DNA of 59,034 bases from an uncultured Bacillaceae bacterium (GTDB lineage Bacteria; Bacillota; Bacilli; Bacillales; Alkalibacillaceae), in the NCBI GenBank assembly GCA_937958375.1, contig CALGNY010000210.1:1-59034 (forward strand). Reading direction: 5' to 3'. The position numbers were made by a program, and so were the translations under genes. The notes under the pieces are model-generated. The model worked only from the letters and a program-made list of their open reading frames with translations. It ran no database searches and was not told where the DNA came from. This document shows, in pieces, positions 50,031 through 59,034 of the stretch. Positions within the stretch are counted from its first letter, which is position 1. Every line of letters starts with the position of its first letter.

Positions 50031-51153
50031 AAAAATAGGAATGGTTTGCTACCCGACGGTTGGGGGATCCGGTGTGGTAGCAACTGAACTTGGCATGCAT
50101 TTATCGAATCATCAGTATGAGGTCCATTTCATTTCACAAACGATGCCTTTTCGGTTGAGACGGCTTGACCCGAATATATTTTTCCATGAAGTGGATGTAG
50201 CGAATTACCCTGTCTTCAAACATCCGCCATATGATTTATCGCTAGCCAGTAAAATTGCTGAAGTCATTGATCGTGAGCAACTAGATATTATTCACGCACA
50301 TTACGCGATGCCTCATGCAATTTGTGCATTACTGGCCAAGCAAATGGCAAAGAAGGATGTCAAGGTAATCACGACACTTCATGGAACGGATATCACCGTG
50401 CTCGGGATTGATCCCAGTCTGACCAATATGATCCGGTTTGGGATTGAGGAATCCGATGCTGTTACGGCCGTATCCAATAGCTTAAAAACGCAGACTGAAG
50501 AGCTTTTGCAAACGGATAAGCCAATCCATGTCATCCATAATTTCATCGAACTCCAATCATTTGATGAAGTCGACCAGACAAAATTGAAGGACCAATTTCA
50601 TATTCAGCCAGATGAAAAAGTGTTGATTCATATTTCTAATTTTCGCAAGGTAAAACGAGTAGATGATGTGGTCCGCGTATTTCACCATGTATCACAGAAA
50701 GTCTCTTCAAAATTGTTATTAATCGGAGATGGACCTGAATACGGCAAAGTATACGATCTGGTTGGTAAGCTCGGTTTACAAGATCAAGTGATTTTTATGG
50801 GCAGACAGGACAACATTCATGACCTATTGGCCATCAGTGACTTGAACCTTCTTTTATCGGAAAAAGAAAGCTTTGGTCTCGTTTTACTTGAAGCGATGGT
50901 TTCAGGTGTGCCATGCATCGGAACGAATGTCGGTGGAATTCCTGAAGTGATTGAGGATGGTGAAACCGGCTATATCTGTGATGTCGGTGATATTGAAACA
51001 ATGGCAAAACGAGCAATTGATCTTCTCCAGTCACCTAACGAATGGAAACGCCAATCGGATCAATCGAAAATTCGGGTGAGGGAACGTTTCGACGCCGATC
51101 AAATCATCAAGCAATACGAGGAGCTGTACCATCAAGTTAAAAAAGGGCGGTAA
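50023..51153 (+). CDS. bshA: N-acetyl-alpha-D-glucosaminyl L-malate synthase
   Basis: [43 protein letters not shown]; ATG after AAGGAG. Confidence 0.95.
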   Translation: MSKKIGMVCYPTVGGSGVVATELGMHLSNHQYEVHFISQTMPFRLRRLDPNIFFHEVDVANYPVFKHPPYDLSLASKIAEVIDREQLDIIHAHYAMPHAICALLAKQMAKKDVKVITTLHGTDITVLGIDPSLTNMIRFGIEESDAVTAVSNSLKTQTEELLQTDKPIHVIHNFIELQSFDEVDQTKLKDQFHIQPDEKVLIHISNFRKVKRVDDVVRVFHHVSQKVSSKLLLIGDGPEYGKVYDLVGKLGLQDQVIFMGRQDNIHDLLAISDLNLLLSEKESFGLVLLEAMVSGVPCIGTNVGGIPEVIEDGETGYICDVGDIETMAKRAIDLLQSPNEWKRQSDQSKIRVRERFDADQIIKQYEELYHQVKKGR

Positions 51154-51157
51154 AAAT

Positions 51158-52363
51158 ATGCTAGGTCAACCATTCCAAAAAGCAGCACCGATCTTTCATA
51201 CATTAAACGAAAACGGCTATGAATGCTATTTCGTCGGCGGATCTGTACGAGATCATCAGTTACGAACCGAAATTGGGGATGTCGATCTTGCAACCAACGC
51301 GGACCCAACGACGGTCCAACAGCTCTTTTCACGAACCGTCCCTGTGGGTGTCGAGCACGGCACCGTTCTAGTCTTACTGAACGATGAGTCCTATGAAGTC
51401 ACAACTTATCGTACGGAAGGGGAATATAAGGATCACAGACGGCCGGAAGAAGTTCATTTTGTCCACCGAATCGAAGAAGACTTAAGCCGGAGAGATTTCA
51501 CGATCAATGCGATGGCGATGGATTTGCAAGGTCAATTGATCGATCCATTTGACGGCAAAATTGACCTTGAGAATCAATTGATTCGCACAGTCGGTGATCC
51601 ATTCGATCGGTTTAATGAGGATGCGCTACGAATGCTGCGGGCGATTCGATTTTCCAGTCAGCTCAATTTTTCGGTCGCTGATGAAGTGATTGAAGCCATC
51701 AGACAAAACCGTCATCTTTTGTTACAAATATCAAACGAACGAATTAGCGTTGAATTGACGAAAATGTTTCGTGGAAAAGGGATCAAACAGGCACTAGCAT
51801 ACATGAATGCAACCAAACTATATGAGTGTTTGCCAGTTTTCCATGCTCATCCGCATATTTTTAAGCGACTCATCGATCGTTTAAATAGTCCGATTACAGA
51901 TCAATCCGTCATCGTTGCCTTTTTACATCACTTGGAGCCAGGAATTTCGATAGCGGAGTGGGTAAGGGCATACAAATTATCGAATACCATCAAACAGACA
52001 GCGAAATTGATTGAGCAAAACTATCAAACGTATATAAACGAAGGTATAACACCACTCATGCTTTACGAGTTATCCGAAGAAAATTTACTGCAATGGGTAG
52101 AATTGGTTCGATTAGTGAAGGGCGACACATTAATGCTGGAAGATTTAAAGACGTCTTACCGTCGCTTACCGATCAAACGTTTATCCGATTTGGCAGTCAA
52201 CGGTTCAGATTTGATCAGCTGGTTCCCCGAGCGGAAAAAAGGAAAGTGGATCAGCGAATATTTGGAAAAACTCCGCGATAAAGTGCTAAATGGTGAGCTT
52301 CCTAACAAAAAAGATATATTGGAAGGGCAAGTGAAGCAATGGAATCAAACCGAACAAAATTAA
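51158..52363 (+). CDS. cca: CCA-adding tRNA nucleotidyltransferase
   Basis: VGGSVRD, DVD, RRDFTINA, EDALRMLR. Confidence 0.94.
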   Translation: MLGQPFQKAAPIFHTLNENGYECYFVGGSVRDHQLRTEIGDVDLATNADPTTVQQLFSRTVPVGVEHGTVLVLLNDESYEVTTYRTEGEYKDHRRPEEVHFVHRIEEDLSRRDFTINAMAMDLQGQLIDPFDGKIDLENQLIRTVGDPFDRFNEDALRMLRAIRFSSQLNFSVADEVIEAIRQNRHLLLQISNERISVELTKMFRGKGIKQALAYMNATKLYECLPVFHAHPHIFKRLIDRLNSPITDQSVIVAFLHHLEPGISIAEWVRAYKLSNTIKQTAKLIEQNYQTYINEGITPLMLYELSEENLLQWVELVRLVKGDTLMLEDLKTSYRRLPIKRLSDLAVNGSDLISWFPERKKGKWISEYLEKLRDKVLNGELPNKKDILEGQVKQWNQTEQN

Positions 52364-53310
52364 TCCAGTTATTATCCAACCATACAGACGATTATATTTC
52401 TGGTGAACAACTCTCAACTGCACTCGGCATTTCCAGGACGGCAATCTGGAAGCATATGAATGATTTAAAAAAAGACGGTTATGAAATCGAAGCGGTGAGA
52501 AATAAAGGCTACCGAATCTTGAAGGTTCCGACTGAGTTGTCGGCTGCTTCACTCCAATGGGGCTTAAAAACGAAATGGCTCGGAAAACATCTCATTCACC
52601 TGAACTCAGTTGATTCCACACAATATCTCGCACACGATGAAGCAAGAGACGGTGCGCCTCATGGTACGGTAATTATTGCTGATCATCAGACAAAAGGGAG
52701 AGGGCGGCTCAGACGGCCATGGCACTCCGCTGATCGGCATGGCCTTTGGTTTACGATTATTTTAAGACCTTCTCGCCTGGAACCTAAGGATGCTACACAA
52801 TTAACATTAGTCGCGGCCGTTGCGCTAGCCGAAACTTACCGAAATTTTGGCGTAGAAGTCAAAATCAAGTGGCCAAATGATGTGTTTTCAAATCATTTGA
52901 AGCTGACGGGCATACTGACTGAAATGCAGGCAGAGCAGGACCAAATCGATTACATACTCCTCGGGATCGGCATGAATATTAATCAATCGAAAGATGATTT
53001 TCCGGCTGAATTACGTGAAAAAGTAACCTCTTTAAAATTGGAATCCGGAAAGACATCTGATTTAAATGTCGTTTTTCACGATGTTGCGCGTCAAATTGAA
53101 GAAAAGTATGATACATTTATAGAAGAAGGATTCGAACGGATTAAGGCCGAATGGGAAAAACAGGCGTATCAATTGAACGAATGGATTACCGTCAAAACAA
53201 AAGAGTCGTTTCGGGCTAAATTTTTGGGCATTGAAAATGACGGCGCCTTAAGGATTGAAGATGAATTTGGAAAACAATCCGTTCTTTATTCAGCTGAAAT
53301 TATATGGTAA
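52339..53310 (+). CDS. birA: Bifunctional biotin ligase/repressor BirA
   Basis: N-terminal [27 protein letters not shown]. Confidence 0.95.
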   Translation: MESNRTKLIQLLSNHTDDYISGEQLSTALGISRTAIWKHMNDLKKDGYEIEAVRNKGYRILKVPTELSAASLQWGLKTKWLGKHLIHLNSVDSTQYLAHDEARDGAPHGTVIIADHQTKGRGRLRRPWHSADRHGLWFTIILRPSRLEPKDATQLTLVAAVALAETYRNFGVEVKIKWPNDVFSNHLKLTGILTEMQAEQDQIDYILLGIGMNINQSKDDFPAELREKVTSLKLESGKTSDLNVVFHDVARQIEEKYDTFIEEGFERIKAEWEKQAYQLNEWITVKTKESFRAKFLGIENDGALRIEDEFGKQSVLYSAEIIW

Positions 53311-53324
53311 GAGGAGGTTTTATC

Positions 53325-54161
53325 ATGAAAACAAGAAGAAGTTTCGAAAAAATGAAGCAAGAGAACGAAAAAATCGCGATGCTGACAGCGTATGATTACC
53401 CATCCGCGAAAACTGCTGAGGAAGCAGGGATCGATTTATTGTTGGTTGGGGATTCTCTTGGGATGGTCGTTTTGGGCTATGACTCAACCATTCCTGTAAC
53501 GATGGACGATATGATTCATCACGGAAAAGCGGTAAAACGGGGTGCACCGGACACGTTTGTCGCTGTAGATATGCCGTTTATGTCGTTTCATGTCTCTGAA
53601 GAAGATGCTATGCGCAATGCTGCTCGGCTCGTACAAGAAACCGGTGCCGATGCCGTCAAAATTGAAGGCGGAAGAGAGCATGCTTCACTCGTCAGAAAGT
53701 TAACCCAAGCTGGCATACCTGTTGTCGGTCATATCGGATTGACACCACAAACATTCCAAGTACTCGGTGGATACCGCGTGCAAGGCAAGACGAAAGAAGA
53801 AGCTGAACGGTTAATCGAGGATGCGGAAATTTTGAACGAGGCTGGTGTCATCCTTTTGGTCTTGGAATGCGTGCCTGCTAAATTAGCTGAAAAGATTACG
53901 GAATCATCCACCGTACCGACCATTGGCATTGGAGCCGGAAGCGGGACTGACGGCCAAGTGCTCGTGTATCATGATGTACTTCAATATGGTGTTGAACGGT
54001 TGGCGAAATTCGTTAAACCACAAGCAAATTTCAATGAAACAGCCCATCAAGGCCTGACGCAATACATCGATGAAGTCAAATCCAAACAGTTCCCTGCTGA
54101 AGAACATACATATGCGATTAATGACGATGTATTGAAAGGGCTATACGGTGGTAAAGAATGA
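53325..54161 (+). CDS. panB: Ketopantoate hydroxymethyltransferase
   Basis: [31 protein letters not shown]. Confidence 0.96.
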   Translation: MKTRRSFEKMKQENEKIAMLTAYDYPSAKTAEEAGIDLLLVGDSLGMVVLGYDSTIPVTMDDMIHHGKAVKRGAPDTFVAVDMPFMSFHVSEEDAMRNAARLVQETGADAVKIEGGREHASLVRKLTQAGIPVVGHIGLTPQTFQVLGGYRVQGKTKEEAERLIEDAEILNEAGVILLVLECVPAKLAEKITESSTVPTIGIGAGSGTDGQVLVYHDVLQYGVERLAKFVKPQANFNETAHQGLTQYIDEVKSKQFPAEEHTYAINDDVLKGLYGGKE

Positions 54162-55039
54162 AAACGATTGAAACCATTAAAGAAATGAGAGCGTATTCGA
54201 AAACCGCACAGCTCGAACAGAAATCCATTGGTTTTGTCGCAACAATGGGCTATTTGCATGAAGGACACTTAGAGCTTGTCAAAAATGCCAGAAAAGAAAA
54301 CGATCTCGTAGTCGTCAGTATCTTCGTCAATCCATTGCAATTCAATCAAACGAATGATTTAAATTCGTATCCGCGTGACATCGTCCGGGATACCGATTTA
54401 CTGAAAAACGAACAAGTCGATGTCATTTTTCACCCGAGTGTCGATGAAATGTATCCTAAGGAAAACGTCATTCATATGAGCCTGTTAAATAGGCATGATG
54501 TTTTGTGTGGAAAAAGCAGACCGGGACACTTTGAAGGTGTACTCAAAGTGTTGTCAAAGCTTTTTTCAATCATTCAACCGACGCGTACATACTTCGGTTT
54601 GAAGGATGCCCAACAGGTAGCTGTCGTTGATGCACTGATTGAAGATCTTAATTTTGATATAGAGTTAGTGCCTGTTCCGACGGTTCGCGAACCCGACGGC
54701 TTAGCATTGAGTAGCCGAAATGTCCGTTTATCGGAAGAAGAGCGAGCAGAAGCACCGTTTATTTATCGTGCTTTACAATTCGGCCAAAAGTATATTCAAG
54801 AGACACCCGATTGGAAACCAAATGATGTCATCCAAGAAGTCGAAAATTATCTTCGGGTAAATATTTCTGGGGACATCGATTACGTCGATTGTTTATCCTA
54901 TCCTGATCTGGAACCGATCATCAAAATCGGTGATTCGGTCATTTTGGCTGTAGCCATTCATTATGAACATTCCAGATTAATTGATAATATCATTATGAAT
55001 CAATCAGGAGAGTCTATGTACAGGAGTGACGAAACATGA
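54158..55039 (+). CDS. panC: Pantoate--beta-alanine ligase
   Basis: [36 protein letters not shown]. Confidence 0.96.
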   Translation: MKTIETIKEMRAYSKTAQLEQKSIGFVATMGYLHEGHLELVKNARKENDLVVVSIFVNPLQFNQTNDLNSYPRDIVRDTDLLKNEQVDVIFHPSVDEMYPKENVIHMSLLNRHDVLCGKSRPGHFEGVLKVLSKLFSIIQPTRTYFGLKDAQQVAVVDALIEDLNFDIELVPVPTVREPDGLALSSRNVRLSEEERAEAPFIYRALQFGQKYIQETPDWKPNDVIQEVENYLRVNISGDIDYVDCLSYPDLEPIIKIGDSVILAVAIHYEHSRLIDNIIMNQSGESMYRSDET

Positions 55040-55419
55040 TTCGTACGATGCTTAATGCGAAAATTCACCGTGCGACCGTTACGGAGGCCAATTTGAACTA
55101 TGTAGGAAGTATTACCATCGATTCCACTTTACTGGAACAAGTAGGGATCCTTCCTCATGAAAAGGTTCAAGTTGTCAATAATAATAATGGTGAGCGAATT
55201 GAAACATATGTCATCGCCGGCGAAGCAAATAGTGGTGTGATTTGCCTAAATGGAGCAGCCGCACGCAAATTTCAGGTAGGTGACTCAATTATCATCATCT
55301 CTTATGTGCAACTGGATGAAACGGAATTGGACGATCATCGACCGACTGTTGCCATCATGGATGAAGATAATCGGGTTGAACAACTACTGAAAGAAGAACC
55401 ACCTTTCACAATTCTCTAA
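55036..55419 (+). CDS. panD: Aspartate 1-decarboxylase
   Basis: [24 protein letters not shown]. Confidence 0.96.
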   Translation: MIRTMLNAKIHRATVTEANLNYVGSITIDSTLLEQVGILPHEKVQVVNNNNGERIETYVIAGEANSGVICLNGAAARKFQVGDSIIIISYVQLDETELDDHRPTVAIMDEDNRVEQLLKEEPPFTIL

Positions 55420-55447
55420 CTCCCATTCCATTTGGGAGTTGTTTTTT
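55418..55447 (+). terminator. Terminator after panD
   Basis: AACTCCCA / TGGGAGTT plus T run. Confidence 0.7.
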
Positions 55448-55479
55448 GTCTATTCAGTCGCAAAGAGAGGAGGGGCAAT

Positions 55480-58155
55480 GTGAGTCGTTTTGTTACAGTA
55501 GATTTAGAGACTACAGGGAACTCAGCAAAAAATGGGGATGAAATCATCGAAATCGGAATCGTTGTGATCGAAGACGGTAAAATTGTCGATGAATATGAGT
55601 CTAAAGTAAAACCGAACGGTTCCATTCCCCCGTTCGTATCACAATTGACTGGCATCGAGATGAAGGATTTACGGGATGCACCGACATTTAAAGAAATCAT
55701 TCCAGAGATTTTACCTTATTTCGAAGATCGGTTTTTCATCGCGCATCCTGTTCATTTCGATTATGAATTTTTGAAGCAAAGTCTGGTCAATGCAGGATAT
55801 CCGCCAATCGCTTGTCCCGTGATCGATACGGTCGAACTATCCAGGGTGTTTTTTCCTTCTGCACCAGGCTACCGGCTTCAAGACTTGACAGCCTATCTGG
55901 ATATCGAACATTTCAAGCCACACCGGGCATTATCCGATGCGTATGTCACGGCACTTTTGTTTATAGAAATCATTCACAAAATAAGAAAGCTTCCCGTACA
56001 GACACTAAGGCAATTAAGCCCGCTATTAAGTAATTTACAGACCGATATCCATTACTTTTTTGAGGAAATCCTTGAAGAAAAACGGTATGAAAATGAAGCT
56101 AACGCCGATTTGACGTTTGAATATGGTTTAGCAATGGCTCATCCATCTGAACCCATTGCCCAACCAGATGTAAAGATGGATGATTTCAACCAATACCTAG
56201 ATCAATTATTTGAAGAATCAACCTTTGAGAAACGTGAAGGACAAAAAGAAATTGCCAAAGAAATTTATTCATCCTTCCAAATGAAACAACATCATGTGAT
56301 CGAAGCAGGACCGGGGCTTGGTAAAACCTTGGCCTACCTGCTTTCTTCATATGCCTTTAGCCAGCAAACGGGCAAACGTGTGATTATCAGTACATACACA
56401 CTTCAACTGCAAAAGCAGATTTATAAATACAGCGATCGATTTCCTTCCATTTTTCCGAAGGGCAGTATGGCTTTGTTGAAAAGTCCGAAAAATTATATCC
56501 ATATCAAACGATTCAAGGCGTTTTACGATCGATATTCAAATGACATCGGTAATTTTGACATAACCTTGACCCTTGCATTAATTTTTGTTTGGTTAACGGA
56601 GACGAAAACGGGTGATATTGAAGAGCTTCAGCTGCCTTCAAGAGGACAGGACATTTGGAATCAAATTGCTTGTGACCATGATGACGATACAACAGATTTA
56701 GCATCCTACTTTTTCCGAGCAAAAGAAAAGGCGAAGCAAGCACCAATCGTCATCGTCAATCATGCATTTCTCATTATGGATCTCAAAAAAGGACGAAAAG
56801 GCATTCCTGCAGGTCGACAGATTATCGTTGATGAAGCACATCATTTTGAAAATGTGACCCGACAACAATTATCTCAACAGATTGATTATCTCTCTGCTGT
56901 TCAACTTTTTCAGACATTGAACAAGTTGGAATCAAGTCGCCTGATCGAAGAAGTCAAAATGCATGCGGATTTCTTCTTTCGTTCGATTTACCAGGCAGTT
57001 GATTTTCTTCATTCAGATGATGATCCGGTTTCTGATACAGGAAAAATTCAATTGACCGTCGATGACGAAGCTTTAAAAATGATTTTCAATGGAAAAATAC
57101 GTGAAGAGCTGAATCAATTTCTTTTGAGCTGCGAAAAACTACACAAATTCGTACTGAACCAATCTCAAAAATCTGAGTTAGAACGATCGATTCAACAAAA
57201 AGCAGCAAGACAATTAGAGAATATCAATAGCTTCTTAAAAGAGTTCTTTCATTTGGATAAGCAGGCGATACGTTGGATAGAAATCGATCAACTTGGAGCA
57301 AAAAATTCAGCTTCACTGCATATGGAGCCCATCCGAATTAGTGAACAACTGAAAAAATGGTATGAACAATATACGGATAGCCTGGTCTTCATGAGTTCAA
57401 CACTTCAAACCAAGGAATCTTTTCATCATTTCATGAACCAAGTAGGCTTATCCAAGGAAACTTCTTCATCCATTTATCCGGTACCGTTAGCTTATGTCAA
57501 TCGTTCACAAGTATTAATTCCTTCTGATTTTCCACAAGTGACTGATTTAAGCGCAACCAGCTATGCCAATCACGTTGCTTCATTTGTGATGAAGTTATTT
57601 GATCAGACGAATAAAAAAATCTTGGTCTTGTTTACGTCTTATCAAATGCTGCGTGAAACGTATGAAAAAATCAAACTGCATGGAAAGGGAATGACTGTTT
57701 TAGCTCAAGGGATTCAATCAAGTAGCCGGGATAAATTAAAAAAACAGTTTGAAGAAATGGACGACGTCATTTTATTGGGGACCAGCTCTTTTTGGGAAGG
57801 CATGGATTTGTTGGATGAACCCGAAAAAATCATTTGCATGGCGCGTCTGCCGTTCGAATCGCCGAACCAACCGGTTTACCGAGCAAAGTGGAATATGCTG
57901 AAGCAAGAAAATAAAAACGCCTTTGAGCGACTGGCCTTGCCGACAGCCATTTTACGATTCCGCCAAGCATTCGGCCGGCTGATCCGCCATTCGGAAGACC
58001 GGGGACTATTTATCGTGTTGGACCGACGGCTGATGAGCAAAAGTTATGGGAAACAGTTCATTCAGGCTTTATCACCGACACCCGTTTTTTATGAAGAATC
58101 AGATGAGCTCATCGAACATGCAAGAAAATGGCTTTCATATGAAATCGATGAATGA
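55480..58155 (+). CDS. dinG: DinG-family protein: DEDDh 3'-5' exonuclease fused to an SF2 helicase
   Basis: VDLETTG, HRALSDA; GPGLGKT, DEAH, FWEGMD, QAFGRLIR; GTG start after AGGAGG. Confidence 0.92.
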   Translation: MSRFVTVDLETTGNSAKNGDEIIEIGIVVIEDGKIVDEYESKVKPNGSIPPFVSQLTGIEMKDLRDAPTFKEIIPEILPYFEDRFFIAHPVHFDYEFLKQSLVNAGYPPIACPVIDTVELSRVFFPSAPGYRLQDLTAYLDIEHFKPHRALSDAYVTALLFIEIIHKIRKLPVQTLRQLSPLLSNLQTDIHYFFEEILEEKRYENEANADLTFEYGLAMAHPSEPIAQPDVKMDDFNQYLDQLFEESTFEKREGQKEIAKEIYSSFQMKQHHVIEAGPGLGKTLAYLLSSYAFSQQTGKRVIISTYTLQLQKQIYKYSDRFPSIFPKGSMALLKSPKNYIHIKRFKAFYDRYSNDIGNFDITLTLALIFVWLTETKTGDIEELQLPSRGQDIWNQIACDHDDDTTDLASYFFRAKEKAKQAPIVIVNHAFLIMDLKKGRKGIPAGRQIIVDEAHHFENVTRQQLSQQIDYLSAVQLFQTLNKLESSRLIEEVKMHADFFFRSIYQAVDFLHSDDDPVSDTGKIQLTVDDEALKMIFNGKIREELNQFLLSCEKLHKFVLNQSQKSELERSIQQKAARQLENINSFLKEFFHLDKQAIRWIEIDQLGAKNSASLHMEPIRISEQLKKWYEQYTDSLVFMSSTLQTKESFHHFMNQVGLSKETSSSIYPVPLAYVNRSQVLIPSDFPQVTDLSATSYANHVASFVMKLFDQTNKKILVLFTSYQMLRETYEKIKLHGKGMTVLAQGIQSSSRDKLKKQFEEMDDVILLGTSSFWEGMDLLDEPEKIICMARLPFESPNQPVYRAKWNMLKQENKNAFERLALPTAILRFRQAFGRLIRHSEDRGLFIVLDRRLMSKSYGKQFIQALSPTPVFYEESDELIEHARKWLSYEIDE

Positions 58156-58201
58156 CAAAGGATATAGATGTCCGCATTAACGATGAATAGGTGAAAGCCA
58201 A

Positions 58202-58951
58202 GTGAAACTTTTAATTGCCCTGATCCTGGGTGTTTTATCGATACCCGTTTTTCAATCCGACAGTCAGGATGAATTGGTTTATTATCCATTAGATCATGGG
58301 AATGCAGCATTTTTGAAAGTGACTGGAAAAGATCTTTATTTATTCAACACCGGGCACGAATCCGATCGGTATGACTTGTATCATCAGTTGGAAGAGTGGG
58401 AGGGGTACCGACTTCGTGGCATCATTATCACGCAACAGAATACCCACAACTGTGGAAATATCGACTTTTTGATCAACACGTATGATGTCGAGCAACTCAT
58501 CGTTCCGGGGAGCTTGAATGAATCGTGTGCAGTCGATCATCAAGATGTAAAACAAGTTAACTTAAAGCAACATCCGGTTACCCAAATTACGGAAGACTAC
58601 ACGGTAAGATATGAAGCTTCGTACAACGGAGACGGTGGAAATGTTGAGTTAAAAAGAGGCCGATTTACCGCGTATTGGTACGAAACATCAGCAGTCGCTG
58701 ACCGGAACGAGCGGGTGACCTTTGTCTATCTCCCATCCTATATTTATGAAGAAGATTTAAGCATTGAATTTCTCGATCGCCTCGACCCGCGAGTTGCAGT
58801 CATCCAAGAAAAAGCGAAAATGAAGCAGATGAGATTATTGAACGAGATATTATCAAAAGAGTGGATTGAAGCCTTCTTTTTAACAAAAAATCTCTCCGTC
58901 CATGTTGAGGTAGGCGACGGCCCTTACCGAATCTTCTTGGTTAGACGGTAG
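58202..58951 (+). CDS. Exported protein with a degenerate ComEC-like metallo-beta-lactamase fold
   Basis: Signal peptide; GNAAFL, YLFNTG, IIITQQNTHNCGN and LDPRVAVI resemble ComEC MBL motifs without HxHxDH. Confidence 0.55.
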   Translation: MKLLIALILGVLSIPVFQSDSQDELVYYPLDHGNAAFLKVTGKDLYLFNTGHESDRYDLYHQLEEWEGYRLRGIIITQQNTHNCGNIDFLINTYDVEQLIVPGSLNESCAVDHQDVKQVNLKQHPVTQITEDYTVRYEASYNGDGGNVELKRGRFTAYWYETSAVADRNERVTFVYLPSYIYEEDLSIEFLDRLDPRVAVIQEKAKMKQMRLLNEILSKEWIEAFFLTKNLSVHVEVGDGPYRIFLVRR

Positions 58952-58978
58952 AAACGGCTTAATGTGATGTGCTGAGTC

Positions 58979-59012
58979 GTCATCGACATTTGGAGGTTCA
59001 AATGTCGGTGAC
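58979..59012. repeat. Inverted repeat/hairpin at the window end
   Basis: GTCATCGACATTTG / CAAATGTCGGTGAC; CGACATT recurs at 59025. Confidence 0.55.
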
Positions 59013-59034
59013 AGGGCTTCTCAACGACATTCGG

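Overview
Core-chromosome segment of a spore-forming Bacillaceae bacterium, syntenic with the Bacillus subtilis rluB-to-dinG interval. Very acidic exported proteins suggest a halophile or alkaliphile (inference). Gene order: rluB, resABCDE, sigX-rsiX, ppa, fer, ypbB-recQ(recS)-ypbD, CBS-ACT protein, mecB, ddl, gudB, ypdA, asparaginase, sleB-ypeB, PilZ brake protein, cmk, plsC, rpsA, der, gpsA, spoVIF-like, yphE/F, spoIVA, hbs, an apparently intact IS1182-family element, hepS-menG-hepT-ndk, cheR, aroC-aroB-aroA, ypiA/B/F, qcrABC, ypjA, a 58-aa mini-YpjB missed by the ORF track, Zn-peptidase, ypjC, ypjD-dapB-mgsA-bshA-cca-birA-panBCD, dinG and a degenerate MBL-fold protein. I saw no rRNA, tRNA, cas, phage or defence genes. 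The most unusual signals are non-coding. (1) An orphan array of five 25-bp palindromes spaced 51-52 bp apart at 8946-9177, next to a solo IS1182-type end. (2) A second 51-bp-period dyad array of unrelated sequence at about 28.4 kb, and possibly a third at the window end. (3) A candidate SigK-driven sRNA. (4) Hairpin-based control elements in the IS. Several genes usual in this interval are absent (trp/aroH/hisC/tyrA, folE-mtrB, bshB1, prsW, fni, serA/ribU). All calls come from reading motifs and from recalled synteny; no database searches were run.
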